Assembly (NCBI RefSeq): GCF_006345805.1
Contig: NC_043005.1
Location: forward strand, 51,894,001 to 51,958,000
Direction: 5' to 3'
DNA from: Octopus sinensis
Taxonomy: Eukaryota
DNA length: 64,000 nt
Part shown: positions 39,867 through 54,201 of the stretch, in pieces
How the letters are laid out: the number at the start of each line of letters is the position of its first letter
Position numbering within the stretch: position 1 is the stretch's first letter
Notes under the pieces: generated by a model
Databases searched by the model: none
Told to the model about the DNA's origin: nothing
The model's input: the letters and a program-made list of their open reading frames with translations, nothing else
Made by a program: the position numbers and the translations under genes

Positions 39867-40368
39867 TTATTTATATTTATATACATTTTTTACACAAACG
39901 CACTCGCATACATGCATGTATATACACATATACACAAATACAAACATTTATATACATGTGTGCGTATACATTTATGTATGCATACATGCATGCTTACATA
40001 ATATATGTGTGTCTGTGTCTGTGGGCTCGGTGTACGCTCGTATGTGTAACAGCCACACGTACCTGCCCCCCGCTCCCAATTATATAGATAGTATGGACTA
40101 AAACTAATGGACGAAACAGATATGTCGCTTAATTATAATTGTGTCTCTATGCTTATTGACTTCATTCATGTTTCTCGATGTTTCTTCTTTCTAATTACTT
40201 CAGAAGTTAGTCACTTCATCTCACTATCTTGTCAATCATACCACTTAATTTCGATGGTCAACAGCTTTAATCCTTTACTTCTTTTCTTTCGTTCTTTTTT
40301 GCCCTTCCTTCTATTTCTTTCTTGCTTCTTTCTTTCCTCCTTCTTCCTTCATTCTTTCTTTCTTTCCT

Positions 40369-40399
<31 letters not shown>

Positions 40400-40483
40400 A
40401 TCTTTCTTTCTTTTTTCTTTCTTCTTTTAATCTTTAGCGTTCAATACCTTCACCATTCTTTTCCTTTTCAGTCAACATAACTC

Positions 40484-40766
40484 TTTTCTTCTTCTTCTTT
40501 CTTCTTTCTTCTTCTTCTTTCTTCTTCTTGTATCTTCTTCTTCTTCGTCTTCTTCTTCTTCTTCTTCTTCTTCTTCTCTTCTTCTTCTTCTTCTTCTTCT
40601 ATCTTCTTCTTCTTCTTCTTCTTCTTTCTTTATCTTCTTCATCTTGCTCTTTATCTTGTTGTTGTTTGTTGTTGTTGTTTTGTTGTTTGTTCTTCTTCTT
40701 CTTCTTCTTCTCATTATTATTATTTTTATTATTATTATTTCTTATTATTATTTATTTATTTATTAT
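40484..40766. repeat. (CTT)n/(GTT)n/(ATT)n compound microsatellite
   Basis: Directly visible. Confidence 0.95.
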
Positions 40767-41321
40767 TAGAGTGAGAGCAGTGCATACCATCAAAGTGGCA
40801 CTGGGGTAAATTATACGAAGCCCAGTATACTCATCATGACTACCCATTTGATAAGGGTACACTAGACACATGCATCACAACCATGTGTGCGCGACATAGT
40901 GATCTCATATCAAGATAAACGGCATAGGACCTTGCAGGTGGGGCCTAGTTAGAATTTTCTTTTGGTCAAGTAACCCATCCCGCTCAAAAGGTCCTTGAAG
41001 AAAGGTTGTTTAAAGATGTTGAATGAAATACTCATGTTTCCAGAGGTGAATTATCCAAACCTCTAAGAATTCCTTTCAACACATGGCTATGATGCTCCCC
41101 AACTACTTTCGCTCGTGATCAGAGATGCAAATATCGTCAGCCACTAACGGACATGCTCAAATGGTTAAGGTCAAACAATTGACTAGCAAATCTGTGGTAT
41201 TGAGCAGAATATTTGCTGTAGCCCATCTTTTATACCAAGACAAAACAATGTACAAGATAACACTTCGAATCAGTTAAGATCAGGAGCCATGAAAGTCACT
41301 GTCTGGTACTGCATCAGGCAT
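40767..41321. mobile_element. Non-coding interspersed element of about 555 bp flanked by (TTA)n; second partial copy at 42170-42637
   Basis: Two closely similar copies in the window, both ending CATCAGG(G)CAT followed by (TTA)n. No ORF. Confidence 0.7.
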
Positions 41322-41375
41322 TTATTATTATTCTTTATTATTATTATTTATTATTATTAATTATATTATTATTAC

Positions 41376-41900
41376 TTTTTTTTTTCTTCTTTCAAATTTT
41401 CTTCCATTTCTTCCAAGTCTTCCCGACTCCTAGGGCAAAAAACTCATAGTGTATATTGGTAGGCCATTAAACCCAAACTCAGTAGTTCGTTCATTTTTTA
41501 TTATTTTTTTTTTTTAAAGTTAAATTAAAATACATGAGCAGCAACAGTTCTCACATCGACAATGCTCTTCTCAATACGTGTGATGTACCAGTTAAGACAA
41601 TCTTTTGCACTTCTTGCAGGATGGTAAGCCAGGGATCATTCTCATATAATTTCGGTTCCCTTCTTGATCATCCTAGTGCTCCTACGATCACTGGTATGTG
41701 TAACCGCCTTGAGTTCCACATTTTTCTCTCATTTCAATGAGTAGTCTTTATATTTTTCTGAGCTTGTCAAACTCTTTCGATGAGATATTATGATCACAGG
41801 GGATGCTCATGTCGATCAATAAGCAACCTTTATTGTTTTGTGGTCTTTCACAACAATATCGGTTTCGTGTTGGCCTCTTTATGGGGTTCGGGGGCCCGGT
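41376..41900 (-). mobile_element. 3' fragment of a second R4/Dong-type LINE family
   Basis: Minus strand IPVIVGALG...LQEVQKIVLTGTSHVLRRALSM*, then a 3' UTR and an A/(TAA)n tail. Near-identical to 59780-60190. Confidence 0.82.
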
Positions 41901-42834
41901 CCTGGGTGGGCTGTATGTACTGGAAATTTCCCACAGAATGGTTACATTTTCTCCTTCAGTTACACTTCAGGTCTTCAGGGTGGGTCATTATTATTTTTCT
42001 TCATTTTGTTTCTTCTTTCAAAATTTGCTTCCCATTTCTTGCCAAGGGTCTTCCCGACTCCTAGGCAAAGAAACTCATAGTATACATTGGTAGGCCATTA
42101 AACTAAACTCACTAGTTCGTTCATTTAAAAATATTTTTTTTTAAGTTAAATTAAAATACATGCTAGTAATAACACCAGGCACATGTGCATCACAACCATA
42201 GGTGCGGACATGGTGATCATATCAAGATAAACAGCACATGACCTTGCAGGTGGGGGCCCAGTTAGAATTTTCTTCAGGTTAGTAGCCCATCCTGCTCAAA
42301 AGGTCCCTGAATAAGGGGTTGTTTAAGGATGTTGAAAGAACCACCCATGTTTCCAGAGGTGGAATTATTCAAACCCCAAAGAATCCCCTCAACACATGGC
42401 TATGATGCTCCCCCACTACTTCTGCTCGTGATCAGAGATGCACATTCGTCAGCCACTAAGGGACATGCTCACTGGTTAAGGTAAAACAACTGACAAGCAA
42501 ATCTGTGGTATGAGCAGAATATTTTGCTGTAGCCCATCTTTTATACCAAGACAAAACAATGTTACATGTGATAACACTTCCAATCAGTTAAGATCAGGAG
42601 GCCATGAGAGCAATGCCTGGTACTGTATCAGGGCATTTATTATTATTATTATTATTATTAGTTATTATGATGATTATTATTATTATTATTATTCTATTTC
42701 TCTTCTTCTTTCTTCTTCTTCTCTTCTTTTCTTTCTTCTTCTCTCTTCTCTTCTTTTTCTTCTTCTTCTTCTTCTTCTTCTTCTTCTTCTTCTTCCTTCG
42801 TTTTCTCCCTCCATGCTGTACCTTTTACTTATTG

Positions 42835-42877
<43 letters not shown>

Positions 42878-43431
42878 GTTTCCTCCTACCATTCTTATTT
42901 CTCGTTCCATTTTCTTTCCCTCCTATCACTTGCTTTCTTTTACGTTTTCGTTTGTTCATTTCTTAGCATCTCCACCACCATTCTTATCAATGAAAGCGAA
43001 AAACAAGAAATGCCAAGCGAAGATCAATGTGGTATAGAGATGGGAGGAGGCTAGACACACAGTAAGGAAAGTAAGTGAATTCATTATTTGTTGCTGTTGT
43101 TGTTGTTTCAGTTTGGGTTTGGGTTCCACCCAATGTCAATTCTTTTCGAGCAGTTTTTTCATGAAAGACCGTTTAGAGGTGACCACATCACATCGTATAG
43201 AAGTAGGTTCTTTAATGTGTATTTGGTTTAATTAAGACAGCATTTTAATGATTTGAGTGTAATTTAGTTCATATTTTTAAAACGCCGAACCTTGACACAT
43301 AAAAAAACAAGCGTGCATAATATATAATTTCATTATAACATGTATAATACATACGTACGTACACACACACACACTCACATACACACACATATATATATAT
43401 AAATTTATACATATACGTCACACACACACAC

Positions 43432-43474
<43 letters not shown>

Positions 43475-45069
43475 CACATATAATAGTAATCTTCTTTTTA
43501 ATGTTTAAATTGATTTACATTTCTCTCTTAACTAACATAGTTATGCTGTCCCTTTCTAGAATTTTTAAAACTTTTATTTTTATACAACATAATATTTGTT
43601 CATAAACGTTCTCCCACTGCGCCCCTAATGTTTTCCTGGGTCTCATTGTAGCATCCTAAGTTTCATATTGTATATCATTTTAACTGGTAACAACGTCATG
43701 AAATATGGTCACCCCTACATCTTTTATAGACACGTACTACTATCTAATTGACTTGTTCTAAAGTGTTCTTTCTTTTTTTTTGTGGGTTGAAAGCTACTTG
43801 TGACAGTATGAAATTTATGACCAGCAGCCAGCTATGAGCTGTCAACTCACTTTGCTCTTTATTCTAAATAAATGCAGCCTTCTAGTCTTAGATTTTGTTG
43901 ATGATAAGATAGATAAATTGGAAATGAATTACAACACTATGACCCCACTGAGTTCCATGCCACTCTAAAATTGTAGTTTGTTCTTCTCTTAGCTATTCTT
44001 GCTGCAATAGTGACAACATGAAATTCTTTCATCCTGTTGGTCTGTTAAAGTATTTAAGAAAAATATTTTAATATATCTTGTCTGTTGAAAATCCATATTT
44101 CGCGCAGCTGAAGATAGCGCCCTATTTAAACTGATGTAATAATTACATTGTTTAATTAAACGAATCCGCTTGAAACGGTCGGAATGCATTACTACCTGAC
44201 ATCATGTTACTTATTTTGACTTTAATGCATATATAAGACTGTATATTACATACATATATAATATATATAAATTATATATAAATATATATAAAGATATATA
44301 TATCTATATATATTATATATATATATCTATGATATTTATATATCTATATATATATTATATCTATTATATATATTATATTATAGAGAGAGAGAGAGAGAGA
44401 GAGAGAAAATAGAAAATGGAGAGGATATAAATCGACAAACGACGGCCAGTAAACATTCCATATATCTATTTATTAAATGATAACAAACATGTGTTTAAGT
44501 GGTACAAGTAAACGAATAAATATGTAAGCAGATATATAGAGATGAAGAAATAATACATGAGTGTACAGATAAATGAATAATAAATGAGTGTACAGAATGA
44601 ATAATAGATGAGTGTACACATGAGTATAACATGAGGCCTCAGAATCTTTCAAGGCATCCTTATCACGTCAGTGATGCACAGGAATGAACAAACATTGGGT
44701 AATGGTTGAGCCTCAGTGAGTGCAAATATTAGGAACTAACGTGTGGTAATAGAGTAGGAGAAATAATATAAGATAGAGTAAAATTGGTAAAGATAAAAAA
44801 TGAAGTAATGTAATGTAATAGACATGGTAAGGAAAAGTAAGAACTTCATTTTAAGGTGTTATTATAATCAATGGTATTGTATCCTGTGGTAAGTAAAGTC
44901 ACTCTCAGGAGATATATCCGTCGGCTGCGTTTTACATCGTGTTTCCATAATACTCCCCCTATACCTAGTATTCAATTGCAATATTGCCATGCAGTAATAA
45001 GCACTTCGTTAAAAATACGTAGGTATACATCCAGTAGCATATTGGATATTCAATATCTATTAGATGGTT

Positions 45070-45106
<37 letters not shown>

Positions 45107-45122
45107 GTCCTTAATGCATCTA

Positions 45123-45198
<76 letters not shown>

Positions 45199-45207
45199 AA
45201 TTATATA

Positions 45208-45240
<33 letters not shown>

Positions 45241-45347
45241 ATACATATTATATATAATACATATATATATACACAACATGTATACGGACATGCATTTATA
45301 TATATTACATATTATAATAATATGTATGTATTTATGTATGTCTATAT

Positions 45348-45500
45348 GTATTTGCAAAGGGAGGATGACCTCCCTTTGCAAATACCGATAGGGCACAGAA
45401 AGTGTGCCTATAGCCAGCTGGAGGAGATGTTCTCCTGGGGCTACAAGCTACAGTAACATCCACCCTTAGTGGTTCGCCATATTGAGATGGCAAATATATC
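45348..45500. repeat. Structured interspersed repeat, second copy at about 12930-13040
   Basis: Shared CCCTTTGC.AATAC.GA.AGGGCACAGAAAGTGTG...TAGCCAGCT.GAGGAGATGT...CCTGGGGCTACAAGCTACAGTA.CATC. Confidence 0.75.
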
Positions 45501-47007
45501 TCACATTGTCGTGCAGTTACTGTCCATACCTCGTTCAGAGATTTATTATTTATTGCATATATATTATGCAGTAAAACCTGCAATCTGCGACAGTCAATAA
45601 AATACAAATAAAATCTATCTTAAAATTCCTTTATTTTGTGAGGCCCGGTTGTGGATGATCCACGGCTCACTGGTTGTGGACTCTTGTCATAGAGTATTCC
45701 TTATTGCTTCAAATGTTTGTGTTTGCATTTCTATGTGTGTATTAGTGCGTGTATATTTTCGCTATTGTGAGTGAGAACGCGAGGATAAAATACCTTCTTT
45801 ATTCATTATGAAATAATTAATAGCAACGCATGTCGATTGTAGAATTTCGACTAAGAACCTAGCGATGGCGGTGAAAGAAAATGGGTTGTCGGCAATGGTC
45901 GAGCATCACAAGTTTTTAGATGACCCCTATTCGCATACAAATCAATCGTAGTTCTTGGTTGATACTTATTTCATCTATCATCATCTCTTTTTGTACGATG
46001 AGAGGCAGAATCAACCGCGTTGATATTTGAACTTATAACATTAATGGAGCAATAGTAATATACAAAAAAAGGCCATTAGTTACACAGCATTTCCAACGTA
46101 TAAGACCCTTAGGTGGTTCGTAATCAATCCTACTTGTGGCGATTGGTTCTTCTAATTTGCATCACAACAATGAGCCTCTCTTTGATACTTTCGGCTCAAG
46201 GGCCAACCTGTTTAAGTTGAGAGTTATCTCAACTTCCACATTGGTCAAACCGGCTGCCAACGGAGATTTATTTTCGGTGATGCAAAAACCTACTCCCATG
46301 CATACCTTTGCTTCTCACAAATATGTAAAACGAAAGAAGCACAATCTCCTCACCTTAAATCGATGCAGTAGAGTAGCTCTTTATCGCACTTTCAATGAGG
46401 AATCTAAAATCGGGATACCGTGTGTTTGTTGCTATGCAATATATTAAAACACTTCAATTCACACCCTCTCTACCAATCTATCTCACAGATAGCCAGGCGG
46501 TAATAAAATTAGCAAATTAAATGACTTAACTGAGAGTCGAACCTACATTACTATCTCAGTTTGAGGTCATTGTACTTATTCGCAATCTACAACACTTCAC
46601 AGTGAGCAAATAATATCCATTTACTTAATATTAAAGCGTAAATGTTGCACTTGTCTCTTTAGCAAATTCTATAAGTGCTCGGTCACCACTTGTTTTGTAG
46701 AATTTTCCAGCAGTATATTATGGTGGTTTGAGATTACATCATTAAAATAATGTAGCAGAATATGTATATGATATGTTTTCTTTTAAATATGGAATCATCA
46801 TAAAATAGATAGATAAACATAATATCGATATAGTGATATGATATCATCTTATATCCTATGACAAGTTATGGAAATTCAATGTAAAAATGAAACAGAAACC
46901 TTACATAAGTATGGCAAAGGTTTTATCATATATTATTTTCCAGCAAGAAGGAAAGAGATGGAGAGGGAGATATTGAGTGCGTATACACACACACCACACA
47001 CACACAC

Positions 47008-47040
<33 letters not shown>

Positions 47041-47589
47041 TGTATGTATGTATTATGTATGTACGTATGTGTGTGTGTGTGTGTGTGTGGTATGTGTATA
47101 TCCAAGGAGGTTAATAATGGTATGCGTCAGCAGGCTATTACTAATCTCCTTCGATAATACATACATATGTATTGGATATACATATATTTAACAGAAATTG
47201 TATTTATTGCTAAAGCATTAAGTTTCTTAAATCTGTGTGATGTTAGCTGAGTGTTCGTAGTTTCTGGGAAAAGTTTTACATAAGAGAGCGGGAAACGTTT
47301 TCTTCGTTCCCATTCCATAATAACTTGCGACAATGGAGAATGATGCAGATAGTTTTAAAGTTTTACAGGTAGAGCATATCGGAGGTTATAAAATGGAAGA
47401 CGATTCGGAAATGGGAAAAGAATAAGAGTGATAAAGCAGTAGGGGTTTAATAACGGGAAAGAATAATCGCTTTAAAGAAGACATTGTGTTATGTTTTCGT
47501 TGTTGTTGTTGTTGACTAGATCAGTTATTGCATCACGAAGCTTGTTATTGTCTGTAGTCAGATGTGAGTACATAATCGGTACTCAATCA

Positions 47590-47846
47590 GCTATGATGAC
47601 GATTGTTACAGATGATCAGATCAACGGAACAGCCTGCTAGCAAAATTAACTTCTAAAAATCTGAGCACTTCGCAGATACACTTGGCCTTAATGAAGTTCT
47701 CAGTGAGATTCACCATGATGCAGAATACATCACGGCTGGCCCTTTGAATGACAGGTACCACTCATTTTTGCCAGTTGAGTGGACTGGAGCATTTTTGGGA
47801 ATCGAACTCACACACTTACGATCGTGAGCAGAATATTCTAACCACT
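47590..47846 (-). mobile_element. tRNA-derived SINE, third family, internally deleted
   Basis: Minus strand starts AGTGGTTAGAAT...GAGTTCGATTCCC (A and B boxes), then TGCTCCAGTCCACTCAACTGGCAAAAATGAG. Confidence 0.65.
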
Positions 47847-48396
47847 AATGCCTTTACTTATACTTCATACTCCTATAATGAAGCACACACAAAAAACAAA
47901 AAAAAAATGATGGCTGCAACTCGATTTCGAGTCATGACATCGTTTCATTGTTCTTTTATATATGAGTAGCACGGATATGGATTTTTATTCCTGCTGGTGT
48001 CCTTCTCCACTCTTTTGCACAGATGTGACAACGATGGGAGCAACATGCAGCAGGTGTTATAAGAGCTTACCAGACATGCAAACGCAGGATCTCATTGCAT
48101 CATGGAATGTGTCATTGGGAGTTTTGCCTTTCTCGATTACAGCCAGCCGTATTATACAACTTATAATAGAGATGTTTATAGATATGTTATAAATCAAGCG
48201 ATGCTTTGTGCCTGAATCTTTTCGATGGGAAGAAAGAGCTTGCACAGAGTTAATCCCACTATCTAGACACCATATCCTCACCTAAATCCACTAAACTGAC
48301 AACCTCACTCGATCTCCCTATTGCCTCCGTCTTCGACTTACCTAGCTATCTCCGCTCTAAGTACCTTGACACATGGTTATTCGACAGTACAGTACA

Positions 48397-48915
48397 GCCG
48401 TTTTGGTACCGCACTTTCCGTACAGCCATTTCCTTGGAGCCGTTTACGTAAAGCTATTTTGCCTTATCCGTTTTCGTGCAGTCGTCTTCGTACAGCTGTT
48501 TTGCAGTGGCCGTTTTGGCATGGCTCTCTTGGCGTCGTTGATTCATTGCTGTATTATTTGACAGCAAGCATTTTAACGTGTCTCTCGTTCTCTATCTCTC
48601 TCTCTCTCTCTCTCTTACACACACGCACACACACACACACAACACACACACACACACACACACACACTTTCTGTCTCTGTTTACGTGTGTGTATGTGTGC
48701 ATCAAATTATGTTTCTTTGCAGGTGTAACGACCCTCATCCCCCTTCTATCCCGCTCTCTCTCTCTCTTTCTCTCTCTTTCCCTCTTTTTCTCTGTGCATC
48801 TGCATATCTCTGCACGAACGTGTATGTGTTTATCACCAGTGACTAAACGTACTGTCACCAAAACGTACTGTCCAGTCAACCGGGCCAAATCGCCAGCAAC
48901 AAAACAGCTGCGCCC
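48397..48915. mobile_element. Foldback-like element with subterminal tandem repeats
   Basis: Nine 14-bp units (consensus GCCGTTTTCGTACA) at 48397-48522. Related units in opposite orientation (AAAACGTAC, AAAACAGC) at about 48838-48915. Confidence 0.5.
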
Positions 48916-49389
48916 AGTCATCTCATTAACACGCTGCTACCATTACATTCATATTTTCCAAGAAACCCCGCAATCTTTCCTGGAGACAAGCGAACAGATG
49001 CAGCATGGCCGAAGTGTAACGAAATGCATTTTGCTGTCATATGGTCCAACGTTCCATCATACTTTCGCGAAAGCCCTTAACCAAATCTTCATGTCCTCTC
49101 TAGAAATTGGATAAAGACAGTGTGAAAGATGGATATTATATATATAGTTCAAAGATGCACGCTGTTCCATGCTAATTTTGATTGAAGACTACTTTAAGGG
49201 TACGTCTGCCCGTGAAATACTCAGTCACTTGTGTGCTAATTGAACAACTGAATACTCATCTTTGAATCTCACGAAAATCCATTTACTGGCACTCTTGTGT
49301 ACATGTAAGTGCACGTCGGTGTACATGTAAGTGTGTGTGTGTATGTGAATATAAATAGATAGATGCATGTGCATACATACATACATACA

Positions 49390-49422
<33 letters not shown>

Positions 49423-50787
49423 GTGTGTGTGCGTGTGTGTGTATACGCATATATTGTAAATAATATTGGACGGCTGGGGTTTCCTTTAAGTATTTTATAG
49501 TTCTTTAGATATCTATAAATTAAATAATTGTTATTGTTTTCCCACACACACACACACACATACGCACAGATACACGCACACACATATACACAAATAAACA
49601 GACAAATTGGCGGAGGGACAACTTGAGCGCTGTGATCAATAAATGCAGGAGAGGGGGAGATATCGTCAAAGTGTATCGGGAGAAAGTGAAAGTGGACGAT
49701 TAACGAAAGCAGTGCAAAAGAGGAAAGGGAAAGAAAGTATGGTAAGATAGGAAAAAAAAAAATTTTTTAAGTCTATTGATGTTGTTTAAAGTTATTTATA
49801 AAATCTCGATTAATGAGATTTGGGTATTATTTAAATCAATTCAATTCACGACTATTTATTTGACGTTGTATATAGAAACGTCTGGGCGTACAAAAAGTAA
49901 TTTTTAAGGGACGTTTTTATATGCTCAATATAAACATTCAAAGACTAATTTATACTATTTAATTTTGAATTAAGAATATCGATAATTATAGTTGTGATTT
50001 AATTAGCATTCGATTATGAAGTAGAGGATGCTAATAGTTTAAAATCAATTTGTTTCTTACTTGGTCCGGTGCATCAATTCAAAAAGCAATATTCCGAGCT
50101 ACAGAAGTATTTTGGAAATTGGAAATTTAAATTTCAAATATGGAAGGCTGTGTTTGCTATATTTGCAAAATATAAAGTTTTACGGTTTCAGAAGTGTCTT
50201 CAATAAACTCAGAGACTGAGTTCAAGGTGGTATATATTCAATAGTTGCAAAGGGTTTACTTAAGTAATTTACTTATTAGGGTTGAACAATATACTACTTC
50301 CAGGAAACAAGGGAGTATCGAGATATAAAAAAAAGAGAAAAGAAAATGAAAGATAATTACCGGAGATATATTCTAATACAGGGTGTTAGTTGAGATGGGG
50401 TGTCTGGTATGTCTGGGGTGTCTGGAAGGAATGGCACCTCTGATGTAGGGAACACTTAACACTCATAGGACTGGCTCGTCCGCTTTGGTCTCTACCTGCC
50501 ACCCAGCACTTACGTGTGGTTCAAAGTATCTGTTTGCATGCAACGGCAGCCACATCCTGGTAAGCCGCTGCGACTTATAATAACTTAAACAAGAAGAGGG
50601 TATCTAAAGGGCATGTAACTCTTGGTTGATTTAGGAATTGCCTACCTATACGTATAACGACTGGATCGGGCAGACTCTGAGGAAGAAGCATTAACGTTCA
50701 ACAAAGAGGAAGACGGCTGCAGCAACGCATGGGGGAGTGCAGGGAACAAGATAATGTAAAGCAAGACATCATAGTCAACCATTGTAT

Positions 50788-51525
50788 CTACAAGGGGTGT
50801 TCGTTAGAGACTTCCCCTGACCCACTTCCCAAGAGCTGGGATAAACGAAACTTGGCATAATTATCAATCCTTCTCTACATAGCCAACACCAATGCTGACA
50901 CACTTCCCCCATTGTTTTATGCAGCTATGAAGACCTCATATGTAGATATCGGTAGGTTGCGTCTGTGGCAAAGACCTTACCTAGGAAATAAGTTCTTCAT
51001 CATCCAAAAAGTGCTTCCCATTCAAAAAGATTACATGGTTGGTAAGAGGTGGCAGTCAGATGGTACAAGTCTGGGAGAGTAAGGGGGATGTGGAAGGATT
51101 TCAGATTCGCAGGAGAGTACTTTCATCTGGGCGGGCAACATGCGCATTGTGAACTGGGGTGTTGTCTTGGAGGAAGCGTTCTCCTTTGGTCAGCATGCTA
51201 TGCCTCTCTGCTTCGATAGCTTACCGCAATTTCTATAGCAGAGAAACATAATATGCCCCGTTAATTGTGGTGCCCTTTGTCAGAGCACCACCTTGCCTGC
51301 TGAGGGTTGGATACAAGCCTTCCTTGGAGGTGATGAGTTATCATGCTTCCATTGCTTCGGCTGGACTTTAATGTCTGGATCACAGTGATGGACACATTAC
51401 TCATCCTGTGTGATAAGTCTGACAAAAAAGTCCTCCTCTTCTTGGCACATTGCCAAAAGAGCCTGGTAGCAATTGAATCATTTCTGCTTCTGCAAAAGTG
51501 TGGTTGGTAAGCCACGCAAACACTC
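50788..51525 (-). mobile_element. Mariner remnant (C-terminal transposase plus one TIR)
   Basis: Minus strand QDNTPVHNAHVA and ILPHPPYSPDLVPSDCHL. TIR-like TACAAGGGGTGTTC at the left end. Confidence 0.82.
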
Positions 51526-51847
51526 CTGGTCTTTATTTATTATTTTTTTGCCAAATAAACACATGCACTATAGATATTCTCGAGAATAGAGTAAATGGGG
51601 CAAGAACTCATACGAAAATGGAAAGTGTTGCTGAAGAGGACACAGACGTATGACGAAAGATTTCCGGACAAAAGACATGAGTTAAAATAACAAAATAAGA
51701 ACAGTAATAAACAAGTGAAGAAAAACTATTTATAGTGCATGTGTATATTTGGAAAAAAAAGAAAAATAATAACTATCCCGAAGTGCAACAATATATATAA
51801 TATATATATATATATTATATATATATATATATATATACATACACATG

Positions 51848-52207
51848 TACATGGCTGTGTATATGCATATACATAGTGTTCAGGGTTCAGTCCCACTGCG
51901 TGGTAACTCGGGCATCTTCTACTAAGGATTGTGAAGGAATTTGGTAGATGGAAACTGAAAGAAGCCCATCGTGTATATGCGTGTGAGTGTGTGTCTACGT
52001 GTGTATTGTCTTTGTGTCTGTGTTTGTCCCCCATCACCGTTTTACAACCGGTATTGGTGGGTTTACGTCCTCGTAAAATAGCGTTTCGGCAAAAGAAATG
52101 GTAGAATAAGTACCGAGCTTATAAAAGTCAGAAGTACTGGGTCAATTCTTTTGGCTATAAATCCAAGACGGTGCTCCAGCAAGGCAGTAGTCTAATGACT
52201 GAAACAA

Positions 52208-52209
<2 letters not shown>
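51848..52209 (+). mobile_element. SINE family A, diverged
   Basis: GGGTTCAGTCCCACTGCGTGG...GAAAGAAGCCCATCG...GGTGCTCCAGC...GACTGAAACAAG. Confidence 0.85.
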
Positions 52210-52258
<49 letters not shown>

Positions 52259-53500
52259 TGCTAGGGAACGAATGAATTATCTTAATTATATTAAAGGATA
52301 AGAGCTAAGTGTCCTTATAGTGCAGTGGGTAGGGAACAGAAGAAGGACGTGTGATAAAGATGGAGATACAAACGCAAAAGATCAAAATAATCAGTGATGG
52401 ATAAATAAGACATAAAAACTAAATAAGATGTAACACATAAATACTAAGATATATACGTGTTAAATAGAAAATTAAGTGATTAAGAAAAGTATGTTAATAT
52501 AGTGTGTAACTTCATATGTCTAGATGTGACATATTTATGTAGCTGCGAATAAATATATTCATGTATCTGTGAATAGAGAAAGAAAAAAAAATAAACGCAT
52601 ACTAAATCATAAGTAGTCGTAAAAGCATTTTCATTTATAAAATAATATAGATGCTAAAAATACGGAAAAAATCCAGAAAAAGAAATATAAATATTCGTCA
52701 CACAAAATGTATGTCATAAAGTATCACAGAATTTTACTTAAAAGAATATATTGCAAAACATCTGTGAAACGTACGTTCGGATACATTCAAATGAATAGTG
52801 GAGAATCAGAGACTTCTTTAAACACACACAACAACACACACACACACAACACATACACATGCACACATACGCACTCATGCACTAACACACACACACACAC
52901 AAATACGCACACACACACACTAACACACATGATAGAAAGTGGACTTTATTCAGAATGACTACAATTGTTTCTACACATTTTTACATTTGTTGCGATGTTG
53001 TGTAATCATTATCAACTATTCAAGGTGTAAAATGCCTTTCTTCAGGTGATTGTTTATAAAGTCTTTCCTTTCACATCTCGTCATTTCATTCAGTGTGATA
53101 GTTCATATCCAAAGTGATCTGTCATTTTCAGTAGTTCGCAGACAAAACAACCTATAGATACAGTGACACAGTGGCAGACAAGAAAACATATTCAAAATAC
53201 AAAATACAAAGACAAAGAAACTGACAAAAAATGGGTCAAAAAATGATCAGATAATAAGGTAGAAGTGCCAAACAGAAGTAAAATTAAATTAAGCATTTAG
53301 TGGAAATAAAATGATAAAGTAGTGAAGACTAACCATTTCAGTACTTATAAACTGCTTCTTTCTTTCTGTGAAGGATCTAAATTACCTTCTGTCTCTACAC
53401 TCGAATCAGCCTCTATTTAAAGTTAAAATTGTACATGCTTTTTGTGTCTAAAGAAGTTAGTATTAGTGTAATAGAGAAGCAAACAAATTTACACAATACC

Positions 53501-53734
53501 TATTTCTTTATTACCCACAAGGGGCTAAACACAGAGGGAACAAACAAGGACAGACATAGGTATTAAGTCGATTACATCGACCCCAGTTCGTAACTGGTGC
53601 TTAATTTATCGACCCCGAAAGGATGAAAGGCAAAGTCGACCTCGGCGGAATTTGAACTCACAACGTAACGCAGACGAAATACCGCTAAGCATTTCGCCCG
53701 GCGTGCTAACGTTTCTGCCAGCTCGCCGCCTTAT
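53501..53734 (-). mobile_element. SINE family B, full length, with 13-bp TSD
   Basis: Highly similar to 37592-37824. TSD TTTACACAATACC at 53488-53500 and 53735-53747. Confidence 0.93.
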
Positions 53735-54047
53735 TTTACACAATACCGAATCAGATATGTCCCCATGATCGTGTAGAATATATATGAGGCAAAGAATGAA
53801 TACATTAATGAAGTAGAGGATTAAATCTTGTCTTAATAGTGTAGCGTTGGATTCAATTGAATATTTACGTGGGATGTACATAAGCTACTGTTGTACTTAT
53901 TGATAAGTTATTTAATAAAGGGTTGACGAAATGATATATTAAAATTTATGTTCAAGTACGGTATATGTCGACCAGTTATATACTTCGAAATAGTTAATAT
54001 CAGTACTGATCCAAATTCATAGGATTGGTATGGTTACACACACACAC

Positions 54048-54079
<32 letters not shown>

Positions 54080-54170
54080 GTTTATATATATAAATATATA
54101 CGACTCTATAACACTGTCTCTCTCTCCTACATTTCTCTGCCATTCACACTTTGCACGCTACTTTTATCTG

Positions 54171-54180
<10 letters not shown>

Positions 54181-54201
<21 letters not shown>

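Noticed and set aside
41100-41145. Minus-strand CTGACGA...GAAA in element X
   Set aside because: GAAA is not conserved in the second copy and no stems form.
48397-48522. CRISPR-like array
   Set aside because: There are no spacers, the units are short and degenerate, and the context is eukaryotic with no cas genes.
51625-51670. CTGAAGA...GAAA hammerhead-like string (a similar case lies at about 20920-20960)
   Set aside because: Stems are weak or absent.
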